A stretch of DNA of 64,000 nt from a virus. How positions within the stretch are numbered: position 1 is the first letter of the stretch; each line of letters starts with the position of its first letter. Positions 10,144 to 19,440 of this stretch are shown one piece after another. The notes under the pieces are model-generated. The model made no database searches and was not told the DNA's origin. It saw only the letters and a list, made by a program, of their open reading frames with translations. The stretch covers positions 77,144-141,143 of IMG/VR virus record IMGVR_UViG_3300047160_005727; one strand, written 5' to 3'. The translations under genes were made by a program, and so were the position numbers.

Positions 10144-10652
10144 ACGGCGACCCACGGGTCTACGATGTTCTGGCACTTCAAGGCGCCAAGCCCATTGGTG
10201 AGGTTCTGCTCCAGCAGATCCTCTTCACCGATGCTGCCGCGGGTATGCTCTGCACCGGGATCCAGAAGCTGGCCCAGCGGTTTGTACTGGAACTGCTCAC
10301 CGAGCTGGGCTCGATGCTTTATCTGCCCAACCGCGGTACCAGGTTCCTGATCCAGTTCTACCAGGGCTTGCTCCGCACCGAGACCGATGTCTTCATCGCA
10401 TTCAACCTCGCCCTGAACGATCTCGAGTTGAGCCTGACCGCCGAGGAGCTGGATACCGATCCGCTCGACGAGCGATACGGCAGTGCCAACCTGGACTCGG
10501 TACTCATCACCAACGGCAACATCATCATGCACGTTACGTTGCGGAGTCTGGCTGGTAGGTCCCGCCAGGTGATCATGCCCATCTCGACTACGCCCGGCAT
10601 CGTTGCCACGCCGACCGGGACGACGCCTGAAGTGCTCACGACCACAGTCTGA
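10140..10652 (+). CDS. Baseplate wedge/sheath initiator (gp25-like)
   Basis: 'GIQKLAQRFVLELLTELGSMLYLPNRGT' resembles the gp25 LxTxxGxxxxxPxxG motif; directly upstream of J-like gene. Confidence 0.7.
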   Translation: MNGDPRVYDVLALQGAKPIGEVLLQQILFTDAAAGMLCTGIQKLAQRFVLELLTELGSMLYLPNRGTRFLIQFYQGLLRTETDVFIAFNLALNDLELSLTAEELDTDPLDERYGSANLDSVLITNGNIIMHVTLRSLAGRSRQVIMPISTTPGIVATPTGTTPEVLTTTV

Positions 10653-10663
10653 CGGAGGCTCGT

Positions 10664-12361
10664 ATGGCTGACATTCTTGATGTCCTGGATCTATCGACGG
10701 TCGACCCGGCCCTCGTGGCCCAGGTGCAGTCGCAGCTCTCCGAGCGGATGGCCGAGCAGTTCCCCGAGCTGGAGACCAAGCGCGGGGTGATCCATGACAT
10801 CGTCCTCTACCTGACGGCGATCCTGGGTGCCGAGCAGCGAACCCGCATGGAGCTGCTACGCGAGTCGTCCAGTCTACAGGCGATCTCCCAGAACCCGCAG
10901 CTGAGTGATGACACGATCGTCGATGTGGCACTATCCAACTTCCGGATCACCCGCGAGCCCGGTACAGCTGCCTCCGGTACGATCACCATCGTCCTCAACG
11001 CCCTGGTACCGGTCGTCATACCGGCTGATAACCAGTTCTCGTCCGGCGGCATCATCTTCACACCAGGTCTGGCCTATGCTGCACGGCTCAGTGCCGACAC
11101 GGCCACCACGGCCACAGATCGTGTGCTTCGTCCAGTTGGCGACGGCACCTACGCCTTCTCGATCCCGGTGACTGCTCAGGATACGGGCTCGGCCGGCATG
11201 CTGCGCCGCGGGGCCGGACTGACCACTCTCGACCCGATCCCTTACTTCAACCGGGCGTTTGCCGAGAGTGACTTCACGGGCGGCTTCGACCCCGAGACCA
11301 ATGCCGAGATGATCGCCCGGCTTCAAAGCGGCCTGGCAGCTCAAGCATGGTCGAACCGGGTCACGATCGACGCTTCGATCCGGGCTATGCCCGAGTTCGC
11401 CCGCATCCTTCAGATGTCGATCATCGGCGCTGGTGACGCCGAGATGCTCCGCGACAAGCACACCATCATGCCGATCGCCAACTTCGGCCGGGTGGATCTC
11501 TACGTGCGCACCCAGGACCTGCCGTTATCGCAGGCCATCTACGATCCGCCGACGTCGAGTGTGCCGGCACCTACGACGAAGACAGCCACGCTGATCCAGA
11601 AGACCGCCGAGGGCGGGATCTGGCAGTTCTCGATCGGCTCGGCTGATGCTCCCGGCTTCTACCAGGTCGATCGGGTCGGGCCGATCCAGACGGCACAGGA
11701 TGATGCCGGCTACGAAGTGATCGGCGATGTACGCGGGATAGATCTCAACTATCCCGGCTTCGTGCCCGATATCGTCCTACCGATCGAGGCCGTCTACAGC
11801 CGTTACCAGGCGGCGACGATCCAGTTTCTGGACACGGATACGCCGGTTGCCAACCTGGTCGAGAACGAGTCCACGGCTGCTTACTACGTCACGGTGCTGG
11901 GCATGCCGCTGATCGCTGAGCTGCAAGACACCGTCTCCGGGCGCTCGTTCGGCGCCCCGGCTGGCGATGCACTGGCCAAGGCCCCGATACCGTGCTTCCT
12001 GACCATTAGCTTCAACATCAACAAGCGGGCCTCGGTCGTCGTCGATCAGCCGACCATCGACGGCATCTGCATCAGTGTGGCCCAGCTGGTCAACTCGCTA
12101 GGCTTTCCCGGGCAGCTCTACGCCAGTCTGATATCCGACCTGGTTCAGCAGCAGCTTCCCGATGGTGCCTACCTCGGGGCCATCGATATGTTCGGCACCA
12201 TCCGGCGGCCAGATGGTTCCTTGCGGCGAATTCGCAGCACCGAAGTCCTGGTGATCCCTGACGAGCCCAGTCTCATGGTCACGCCGCGTACCGTGGCCTT
12301 CATACTCGATCCCCTTGCCGTCGGCGTATCAGTCATCGACGCGGATATGCCCGACATTTAA
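10664..12361 (+). CDS. Baseplate J-like wedge protein
   Basis: 'ITREPGTAASGTITI', 'VTAQDTGSAG', 'FTGGFDPETNAEMIARL', 'GRVDLYV' are typical baseplate-J motifs; GGAGG RBS. Confidence 0.8.
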   Translation: MADILDVLDLSTVDPALVAQVQSQLSERMAEQFPELETKRGVIHDIVLYLTAILGAEQRTRMELLRESSSLQAISQNPQLSDDTIVDVALSNFRITREPGTAASGTITIVLNALVPVVIPADNQFSSGGIIFTPGLAYAARLSADTATTATDRVLRPVGDGTYAFSIPVTAQDTGSAGMLRRGAGLTTLDPIPYFNRAFAESDFTGGFDPETNAEMIARLQSGLAAQAWSNRVTIDASIRAMPEFARILQMSIIGAGDAEMLRDKHTIMPIANFGRVDLYVRTQDLPLSQAIYDPPTSSVPAPTTKTATLIQKTAEGGIWQFSIGSADAPGFYQVDRVGPIQTAQDDAGYEVIGDVRGIDLNYPGFVPDIVLPIEAVYSRYQAATIQFLDTDTPVANLVENESTAAYYVTVLGMPLIAELQDTVSGRSFGAPAGDALAKAPIPCFLTISFNINKRASVVVDQPTIDGICISVAQLVNSLGFPGQLYASLISDLVQQQLPDGAYLGAIDMFGTIRRPDGSLRRIRSTEVLVIPDEPSLMVTPRTVAFILDPLAVGVSVIDADMPDI

Positions 12362-12375
12362 CCCGAGGAGGAGTC

Positions 12376-12861
12376 ATGAAGACGATCCATGCTCTCCAGA
12401 GTCGGCGTAAACATATCCGTGACTTCATCACCAAACTACTGGAGGCTCATTTCGACCCCGATACAACCAGGCCAACATTGGGCGGCCTGGCTGGTTGTCT
12501 GACCGACGAAGAGCCTGATAACTTGCCTCGCGACGAGGAGCTGGTCATCGAACCTTCACCTCAGTTGCCGCACCCGACCGGCATACTGCGCCGTAACGGT
12601 GGCAACGATATCTGGGCCCACTTGGCCGACACAGAATACTACCTGCACATTCCGCACGATCTCGTAGTCCGCTACAAGTTCGAGGTGTCCGGCGACTATG
12701 TGGCACTGGTCATTCATTCGGTATCACGGCTCGCGGGGCTAGAACTCTCCAAGGACTTCTCTGAAGTTCCAGTCGATCGAATGATCATCGAGCCGCCGTT
12801 GGTTGTGATGCTTACGCCTGATCAATACAACTGCGAGGATGTCGAGATCGAGATCCCATGA
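12376..12861 (+). CDS. Hypothetical protein between wedge genes
   Basis: GAGGAGGAG RBS; ATGA overlap with next gene. Confidence 0.6.
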   Translation: MKTIHALQSRRKHIRDFITKLLEAHFDPDTTRPTLGGLAGCLTDEEPDNLPRDEELVIEPSPQLPHPTGILRRNGGNDIWAHLADTEYYLHIPHDLVVRYKFEVSGDYVALVIHSVSRLAGLELSKDFSEVPVDRMIIEPPLVVMLTPDQYNCEDVEIEIP

Positions 12862-14390
12862 CTTACACGTACGTCGACAGTGATCTGCACAACTCCCGCA
12901 AGCTCCTGAGCCTGTTGGGCAGCTTCTGGTCGAGCCTGTTCCTGGGCGTCGATCAGGTTCAGGAACACTGCGTCGGTGTTGGCGAGGCCGGCTATCAGGC
13001 CAGCATCGACCTGGCGGAGACGATCCATTCCGTCGGTCGCCCCACCGTGCCCGTCTTTCATACCGAGCAGTGGTATTCCTATCCGGTCCTCAAGTCCGAG
13101 ATGGGTGTTGCCCCGGTGCTCTACGGCGGCCAAGGCTCCGGGCTCTTCGGCGGCGGCCTGAGCTATGGCTCAAGCGTGGCGCCGGTGTACTCGTGGAACT
13201 GCCCGGTTGCCAACGTCGATCTGATCTTCAACCGGATCTACGACCCGTCGGCCACGTTCACCCGCGGGCTGGACTTCGTCATCGATAGCGGGCGGCTCGT
13301 CTTTCTCGCCAACCCTTTCGAGGATGCCCGGTTCATCCCCGAGCCCGTTCTGGACAGCATGGGCCAGGAGATCGATAGCCAGCTAACCCTGTGGTTGTTC
13401 CGGCCCGCTGTCGACTATCAGCACATCTGGACCCAGTTCGGCTACATCATGGGTATCCGGCTGGACTCGTCCCAGGAATACAAAGACCTGATCAATGCCT
13501 TGCTGGATGCGATCACCGGCTGCACTGCGACCGAACAGCTCGATGAAGTCCTGGCGGCCGTGACCGGCTGTCCGCTGGCGCGCGGCAATGAGGTTGTTCA
13601 GGATGTCACCCTCTTCGCCAATGACTTGCTGGTGATCACCGATCAGTGGGCTTATCGCTACCCGACGACAGCCAACCCAGTGGTTCAGATCGGCGACAAA
13701 GTCGAGCAGGGCGACTCGCTCGTCGATACGGTCGAGACCTGGTACCTGAACCACGGCACTGTTCCGGACTGGCTGTACGCGCTTTCGCTTGGTCCGGGTC
13801 TGCTCTCGACCGGCTACCTGTCTGATCTCACGTTCAGCAATACCGAGACGCCACTGGTCGTCGAGATGGCTGACGATGGCTATACCAAGGTCAGCTGGGC
13901 TCTGGGTGGGTTCCCTGCCGACGTGACCGAGTTCTGGAACGAAGTCCATCGCCGGGGTGTGAGCAGCGGTACGACCCTGGCCCATCTGCTCGATCTCCGG
14001 GAGTCGCCGATCGGTGAGCCGGGGCCGGACAGCTTGCCTTCGGCGATCAACCCACTGACGTTCTTGGCTGCCAACTACTTGCGGCATAACGCTTTGCTTG
14101 TCAGGATCAAGACCGGCGGGTTCGGCGAGGGGGCGCTGGGCCTGGCACAGCTCAGACATCTCCGGCGGATCATACCACCACACGAGATGATCCTGATCGT
14201 GATGGAAATGCCGGTCGTGGAGGACTCTGTTATAGTGGACGGCGTCGACGGGCTTGTTGATGAAACGCTATTGTCCTACAGTGCCGGTGAGCCGTTCTAT
14301 GAGCCAGCTGATCCTAGTCTTAATGTGGGTGACGGTCCTTCCATCGCTTCTATTATTCTGGGCACCTGCTACTCGGAGGCTGACTGGTGA
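12858..14390 (+). CDS. Putative baseplate wedge protein (gp7/tail protein I-like position)
   Basis: Follows J-like gene; C-terminal 'LRRIIPPH' resembles the 'xxKPAH' end motif of wedge proteins. Confidence 0.55.
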   Translation: MTYTYVDSDLHNSRKLLSLLGSFWSSLFLGVDQVQEHCVGVGEAGYQASIDLAETIHSVGRPTVPVFHTEQWYSYPVLKSEMGVAPVLYGGQGSGLFGGGLSYGSSVAPVYSWNCPVANVDLIFNRIYDPSATFTRGLDFVIDSGRLVFLANPFEDARFIPEPVLDSMGQEIDSQLTLWLFRPAVDYQHIWTQFGYIMGIRLDSSQEYKDLINALLDAITGCTATEQLDEVLAAVTGCPLARGNEVVQDVTLFANDLLVITDQWAYRYPTTANPVVQIGDKVEQGDSLVDTVETWYLNHGTVPDWLYALSLGPGLLSTGYLSDLTFSNTETPLVVEMADDGYTKVSWALGGFPADVTEFWNEVHRRGVSSGTTLAHLLDLRESPIGEPGPDSLPSAINPLTFLAANYLRHNALLVRIKTGGFGEGALGLAQLRHLRRIIPPHEMILIVMEMPVVEDSVIVDGVDGLVDETLLSYSAGEPFYEPADPSLNVGDGPSIASIILGTCYSEADW

Positions 14391-14635
14391 AGACGACGCC
14401 CGGCATACCACGAACCAGGCAGCTGTTCCGTGAGATCGGTCCTGGCACGAACTTTCAGGCCGAATGGCACGGGAAGGTGGCCGACTACCTGACCACAGAC
14501 CTGATCCGAGCCGCACCGGATAGCAGTAAGCCATGGGACCGTCGTGCAGCGGTCAACCTGGAAACCGGTGAGACTGTATGGTTTGCCGACGATCAGACAG
14601 TTACACCCACGATCATGCAAGCTGGCCCAGCCTGA
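14387..14635 (+). CDS. Small hypothetical protein
   Basis: GGAGG RBS, GTGA overlap. Confidence 0.5.
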   Translation: MKTTPGIPRTRQLFREIGPGTNFQAEWHGKVADYLTTDLIRAAPDSSKPWDRRAAVNLETGETVWFADDQTVTPTIMQAGPA

Positions 14636-14662
14636 CGAACATTCAGCAAGGATGCAACGCAC

Positions 14663-15259
14663 ATGGATGGACCCATCGCTTCCGGCCAGCACATGGCCTT
14701 CCACGTCGATGATAAGACGGGGCTCTGGACCCCAAGGCAGAAGCTGTTCACACCCAACACGCTTCTGTATACCTGGGGCAACATCGTCTCGCGCTGCTGC
14801 GGGATGGGCGACATGGCATACAAGGTGTCGGTGATGTACCTGGAGTTCGAGAACAACAGCGACGGTGGGCCGATCTCGGTCCCGTCGTTCAACCGCGAAG
14901 ACGGCATCGAGTACTACAACAACTTGTCATCCAACCCGTGGCGCGACTATCTCCGGGTGCCGATCAGACCCTACCCGGACATCGTCGTTGCTCCGGGGTT
15001 TGAGCAGTATCTCGACCCGGACGAGGGCAACTGCTGTGTCTTCTTCGCTCAAAGCCAGGGCTCATTCGGTGTGCATGGCGTCGCCTTCTCCGATGGTGTG
15101 CACTCGATAGTTTACGGGGTGGCCTTGGCGGCTGCGCCGGTCACCAACGATCCGACTCAAGATGTACTGTTCGCCAGAAGTTACTACCAGTCAGAGAACC
15201 AGGTTCCCAAGGTGCCCTCGGGTCAGATCGGCGTCCAGTATCCGATGACCTTCAAGTGA
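14663..15259 (+). CDS. Putative tail fibre attachment/collar protein
   Basis: Position after wedge; C-terminal 'LFARSYY...KVPSGQIGVQYPMTF' resembles collar/fibre-attachment domains. Confidence 0.45.
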   Translation: MDGPIASGQHMAFHVDDKTGLWTPRQKLFTPNTLLYTWGNIVSRCCGMGDMAYKVSVMYLEFENNSDGGPISVPSFNREDGIEYYNNLSSNPWRDYLRVPIRPYPDIVVAPGFEQYLDPDEGNCCVFFAQSQGSFGVHGVAFSDGVHSIVYGVALAAAPVTNDPTQDVLFARSYYQSENQVPKVPSGQIGVQYPMTFK

Positions 15260-15276
15260 GCCCAAGGAGGGGTCTT

Positions 15277-17127
15277 ATGCCCGGCGGCGTATGGATCAAC
15301 CGGATCCGGCACGTCAGTGATGGTGAGGCGGTCAATGGCGCCATCGACAGCCGGCCAACCCGCGCTCTCGAGGGTAACGGCCAGTACCTGAAGGATCGCA
15401 TCGACTCGGCCGAGCTGGGTGAAGCTGTCTGTGCGTACGGCGAGACGGTCGAACCCGATGCCCTAGTCGGCATGGCCGTCTACCGCAACAACGTCACCGC
15501 CCGCTACGAGCGAGCCCTGGCCGCCGTCACGACGGATCGGAAGTCCGGGACGCTTGTGCCTGCACCATCGTCAGACTGCATCGGCATTGTCGTCTTCAAG
15601 TGGAACGCCACCAAGGCCGACATCCTGCTGGCTGGCCGGCGGACTGTCGACATCTCGCAAGCTGTCGCCTACGCTTCCCCGCCCAACAGCGCCCCGCCAG
15701 GCCGGTACTATCTCTCCGCAGCAACGCCTGGCATGCTCGTCCAGCAGAAGCCGCCAGTCTCGGTCTCGGTACTGGTCTACACCGATGACGGCATCGCGAT
15801 CGTCCAGCCGATCCAGCGCGACTTCATGGAAGATCACATCCACTACAGGTTCCGGCTGTATTCGCAGCCAGCCGGGTTGCGGAGCCTTGTCGATGGCGGC
15901 ATCGTTTCGATCGACACGCCTGACGTGACTAAGTATGGCTGGCTGCCGGTCGACCACTTCGATAGCAGCATCGTGCCGACTGGGGCGGTCTTCGGCTACA
16001 ACCTGGCCACCCATCCCGAGCTGGCCCGGGTCTTCCCGCCGATCCCGCCGGACGCGGCTGCCATCTTTCTCGACCGCGGTCAGAACCACGCAGGCGGTAC
16101 ACTGATACCGATGGGCCCCGGTGGCCTATGCATCGTCGATCGCAATGGCATCTGGTGGATGAGCGACTGTGCGGGCGATGCCCCCTGGCCTGATGCCTGG
16201 GTCGCCAGCGATCCTCAGATCCCACCACTGACGTATGATCCGCCGCCGCTGGTAGCTACGGACCCACCCGAATGTCCTCGCGCGGAAGAGTTCAAGATCA
16301 TCCTGTCCTACACTGTGATGGTCTTCACCACCGAGAAGACGGTGGTGACCAGCCTGCGGCCGGCACCGAACAGTCCGCTGGTCTTCACCAACTGTGACGG
16401 TCAGGATGCGACGACCGGCGACCTGTGTGCCGATCTCGACCTGGCATTCCTGGTGGATACCTCCGAGATGATCCCGGGCTGCGTGGTCTTCAAGGAGCTG
16501 GATAACGAGACCTTCAAGCAGGGCTACGTCGTCGAGGGGCTGAAGCAAGGTCTGGGCTGCTCTCTCATATCACTCAGCGGTCTGGTCACGCCCGATGGTA
16601 TCTATCAGGGGGTCGTTGAGGTCACGCTGGATACCTCGTCCGGCGAGCGCGAGCTACCAGCCGATCTGATCCGCCTGGCACAGACTCAAGAACGGTTTCA
16701 CCTGGACATCCCGTATATCGGCTTCGACCCTGGCCGCGATACCAGCCTGCGGATGCGGTTCTACGTACCGACCGACGGCATACCAGACAGCTCCCAGGTG
16801 GCGATCCGGATGCAGCTCCTGGGGCGAGCCGGCGCTACACTGCCATCGCTGGGGTTGAGCTACCGCAAGTTGCAACGACCGCCACTGCCGCCATGGACAC
16901 CGGTCAACCTACCGGGACTGGCCGCCGAGGTCCCATTGGCCATCGATACCGCCAAGCCAGTCGGCGTCGACCAGTACATCGAGGTTCAGAGCACTGATCA
17001 GATCCCAGTGGTAAAGGGCGACACGATCCTTGTCACCCTGACTCGGCTTTCTACCGACGGTTATGTCGGCGAGGTCGGACTTATGCGGCCGGTCGGTGTC
17101 CTGACAAGCACGACATCGGGAGCATGA
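15277..17127 (+). CDS. Putative tail fibre/baseplate-distal protein
   Basis: AAGGAGG RBS; N-terminal 'GEAVNGAIDSRPTRALEGNGQYLKDRI' resembles the fibre N-terminal N..P...L..R..YLK motif. Confidence 0.55.
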   Translation: MPGGVWINRIRHVSDGEAVNGAIDSRPTRALEGNGQYLKDRIDSAELGEAVCAYGETVEPDALVGMAVYRNNVTARYERALAAVTTDRKSGTLVPAPSSDCIGIVVFKWNATKADILLAGRRTVDISQAVAYASPPNSAPPGRYYLSAATPGMLVQQKPPVSVSVLVYTDDGIAIVQPIQRDFMEDHIHYRFRLYSQPAGLRSLVDGGIVSIDTPDVTKYGWLPVDHFDSSIVPTGAVFGYNLATHPELARVFPPIPPDAAAIFLDRGQNHAGGTLIPMGPGGLCIVDRNGIWWMSDCAGDAPWPDAWVASDPQIPPLTYDPPPLVATDPPECPRAEEFKIILSYTVMVFTTEKTVVTSLRPAPNSPLVFTNCDGQDATTGDLCADLDLAFLVDTSEMIPGCVVFKELDNETFKQGYVVEGLKQGLGCSLISLSGLVTPDGIYQGVVEVTLDTSSGERELPADLIRLAQTQERFHLDIPYIGFDPGRDTSLRMRFYVPTDGIPDSSQVAIRMQLLGRAGATLPSLGLSYRKLQRPPLPPWTPVNLPGLAAEVPLAIDTAKPVGVDQYIEVQSTDQIPVVKGDTILVTLTRLSTDGYVGEVGLMRPVGVLTSTTSGA

Positions 17128-17128
17128 C

Positions 17129-18076
17129 ATGCCGGTTGGCATCTGGAACCTCGAATGGTTAAACCATAACTCGCAGCGTTCTTATCCGTTGGCCGAAGAT
17201 GCCACCAAGACGGATCAGACCGGCACGTTCAAGCTGCCCGATGACTTCATATTGGGGCTCTACCTGCCCGTCCACGCCGGTCTCGACATCGATGTCGAGA
17301 ACTTCTTCATCCGCTCGATCTCGGTGTTCGCGACCGGCTACAACATTTCGATCGGCTACGACGACGGCACAGGCAACGTGACGGTCGTAGCTACGGCTGT
17401 GATCAGCCAAGCTGCCCACACGGCCAACATGTCCTACGCGCTGCCAGGCGTCAACGCTTTCGATGACACGGTGGGCAAGCTCGTCATCGGCATTCTGGAC
17501 TCGATCAACCAGCAACCTTCCGGTCAGTTCTTCTTCGACTACGCGGGCGGTAAGCTCGATGCCGACTGCATCCGGCCGATCATCCGCGGTATCCAGTCGA
17601 TCCGCACCCTGAACAACGGCGAGCTGAGCGCGCCGATAACCGGGCACGTCATCTTCTCGGCGGGCTCGAACTTCCAGCTGTCGGTTACCCAGGTGCCGGG
17701 TCTGCCGGCCGAGATCCGCTTTGATGCCATCGACGGTGCCGGCCTGACCGAGGACTGCGCCTGCGAGGATACCACTGTCGGTCCCATCAAGACGATCAAC
17801 AGTATCGGCCCCGATAGCTACGGCAACTTCACCCTGAACGGCATCAACTGCCTGGAGATCCAGAAGATCGACAACGGGATCCAGCTCAATGACACCTGCT
17901 CGTCACCGTGCTGTGGCTGTGCTGAGCTGGAGCAGCTCACCAAAGAGATCGAGATGGTCAGCACCGCCGAGTCGACCCTGGAGAACTTCGTCAACCAGCT
18001 AGCGCTCCAGATGACCAACTTCAGTCAGACTGTTTTGGGCTCAAAACTAAACGACACTGGGTGCGTGCAGTGTTAA
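17129..18076 (+). CDS. Cys-rich tail-fibre-type protein, paralog 1
   Basis: 'NSQRSYPL', 'IKTINSIGPDSYGNFTL', 'DTCSSPCCGC' then a coiled-coil-like segment. Confidence 0.6.
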   Translation: MPVGIWNLEWLNHNSQRSYPLAEDATKTDQTGTFKLPDDFILGLYLPVHAGLDIDVENFFIRSISVFATGYNISIGYDDGTGNVTVVATAVISQAAHTANMSYALPGVNAFDDTVGKLVIGILDSINQQPSGQFFFDYAGGKLDADCIRPIIRGIQSIRTLNNGELSAPITGHVIFSAGSNFQLSVTQVPGLPAEIRFDAIDGAGLTEDCACEDTTVGPIKTINSIGPDSYGNFTLNGINCLEIQKIDNGIQLNDTCSSPCCGCAELEQLTKEIEMVSTAESTLENFVNQLALQMTNFSQTVLGSKLNDTGCVQC

Positions 18077-19431
18077 TACTCCCAACCGGCGGTAGAGGCA
18101 TCGGTGTCGAAGGCAACGGGTCAAATTACCCGTTTGTCCAGCCAAGTGCTGACATCGTCGGCCTGCTCGCTGATCTCTGGCTGGCCCACGAGTACCGTGA
18201 CGTCGTGCTGCCGCTGAAGGTTTCCTGGATGGCGGGTTTCCAGGCGGCATTCGACGGTAACAATACCCGCGTGCAGATCCAGATCACTGACGCTGAGGAC
18301 ACGCCTGTCTTCGACTCGACGGACGTGAACCCGGCGAACTACACCATGAAGGACTGGGGTGAGCGGCTACGGATCCACGAGTGGTACTACCCACCTAACT
18401 CTGTCTGCCGGGTCGTACAGCATCGTGCCGTTCCTGATCCGCCGCCGGCCTGGCCTGGCTGGCCTGTGCAGATCTATCCCGAAAACGGTGTGCTCGATGA
18501 GCGGACCTCGGAGCTGATGCCCGAGCGACTGCTGACCATCCAGGAGAAGAAGAGCGGTGTCACGGTCGCAGGCGAGATCATCTTCGTCAACGGCTGGAAC
18601 GTCGAGATCGACAATACGGCTTACCCGGAGCCGCTCCGGAACACGACTGCGATGTCTTTCAGCGCCAATGCCGGCGGCGGTCCTGGCCGCTACCCCGGCT
18701 GCCAGACTCCCGATGTCGTCTTTCGTACGATCAACGGTATACCTCCGGATCCCCGTGGCAACTTCAACCTCGCGGCCGACGGCTGCTATTACGTTCGGCA
18801 ACCGGTTGGCGTCGGGACCGACGGCAAGGCCGTGCCGGTACCGGCCTCGCTGGATCTGGGCAATGACTGCGGCCCGTGCTGCGACTGTGACGCCTATGTC
18901 AGCGTTCAGAAGGCCCTCCTGAACCTCGAAGCCAAGCAGCGGTCTGTCGGCACTCTTGCCGAGAAGACGCGGGACGATCTGATCGCGGCCATCGACCGCT
19001 GGAACAAGTCGAAGGAGTGTACTGAGAATAACATATTGACAATAACAGCTGTAGGTACGGCGATGACTTATGTCGACTTCAATGCCATCATTTGCAACAC
19101 GGCGAAGGGTTGCATGCTCGACCAGAAACTGACCGTGCAGATCACCAGCAACCCGCAAAACACATGGATGCCGGTGCCTGGTACGACCTACATCACGAAG
19201 CCTGCCAGCACGCAACTGATACCTTACACACCGTCCACGCCGGCCCCCGGTACCGTGGGCGCTCACTTCGATGCGATCAACCCCGGGGCCTTTGGCCTCA
19301 TAAGGGTCCGAGCCCGCGGCGCTACCAGTATGAACCCAACGGGGACGACAGTGACATTTCTGGCGACGACGTGGCCGGTCAAGAACCCGCTCGCCAAGCA
19401 CACCGCCACATGCACGATACCATTGCTCTAG
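18061..19431 (+). CDS. Cys-rich tail-fibre-type protein, paralog 2 (start may be GTG 18070)
   Basis: 'NGSNYPF', 'FRTINGIPPDPRGNFNL', 'NDCGPCCDC' then a coiled-coil-like segment. Confidence 0.6.
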   Translation: MRAVLILPTGGRGIGVEGNGSNYPFVQPSADIVGLLADLWLAHEYRDVVLPLKVSWMAGFQAAFDGNNTRVQIQITDAEDTPVFDSTDVNPANYTMKDWGERLRIHEWYYPPNSVCRVVQHRAVPDPPPAWPGWPVQIYPENGVLDERTSELMPERLLTIQEKKSGVTVAGEIIFVNGWNVEIDNTAYPEPLRNTTAMSFSANAGGGPGRYPGCQTPDVVFRTINGIPPDPRGNFNLAADGCYYVRQPVGVGTDGKAVPVPASLDLGNDCGPCCDCDAYVSVQKALLNLEAKQRSVGTLAEKTRDDLIAAIDRWNKSKECTENNILTITAVGTAMTYVDFNAIICNTAKGCMLDQKLTVQITSNPQNTWMPVPGTTYITKPASTQLIPYTPSTPAPGTVGAHFDAINPGAFGLIRVRARGATSMNPTGTTVTFLATTWPVKNPLAKHTATCTIPLL

Positions 19432-19440
19432 GAGACCTGG

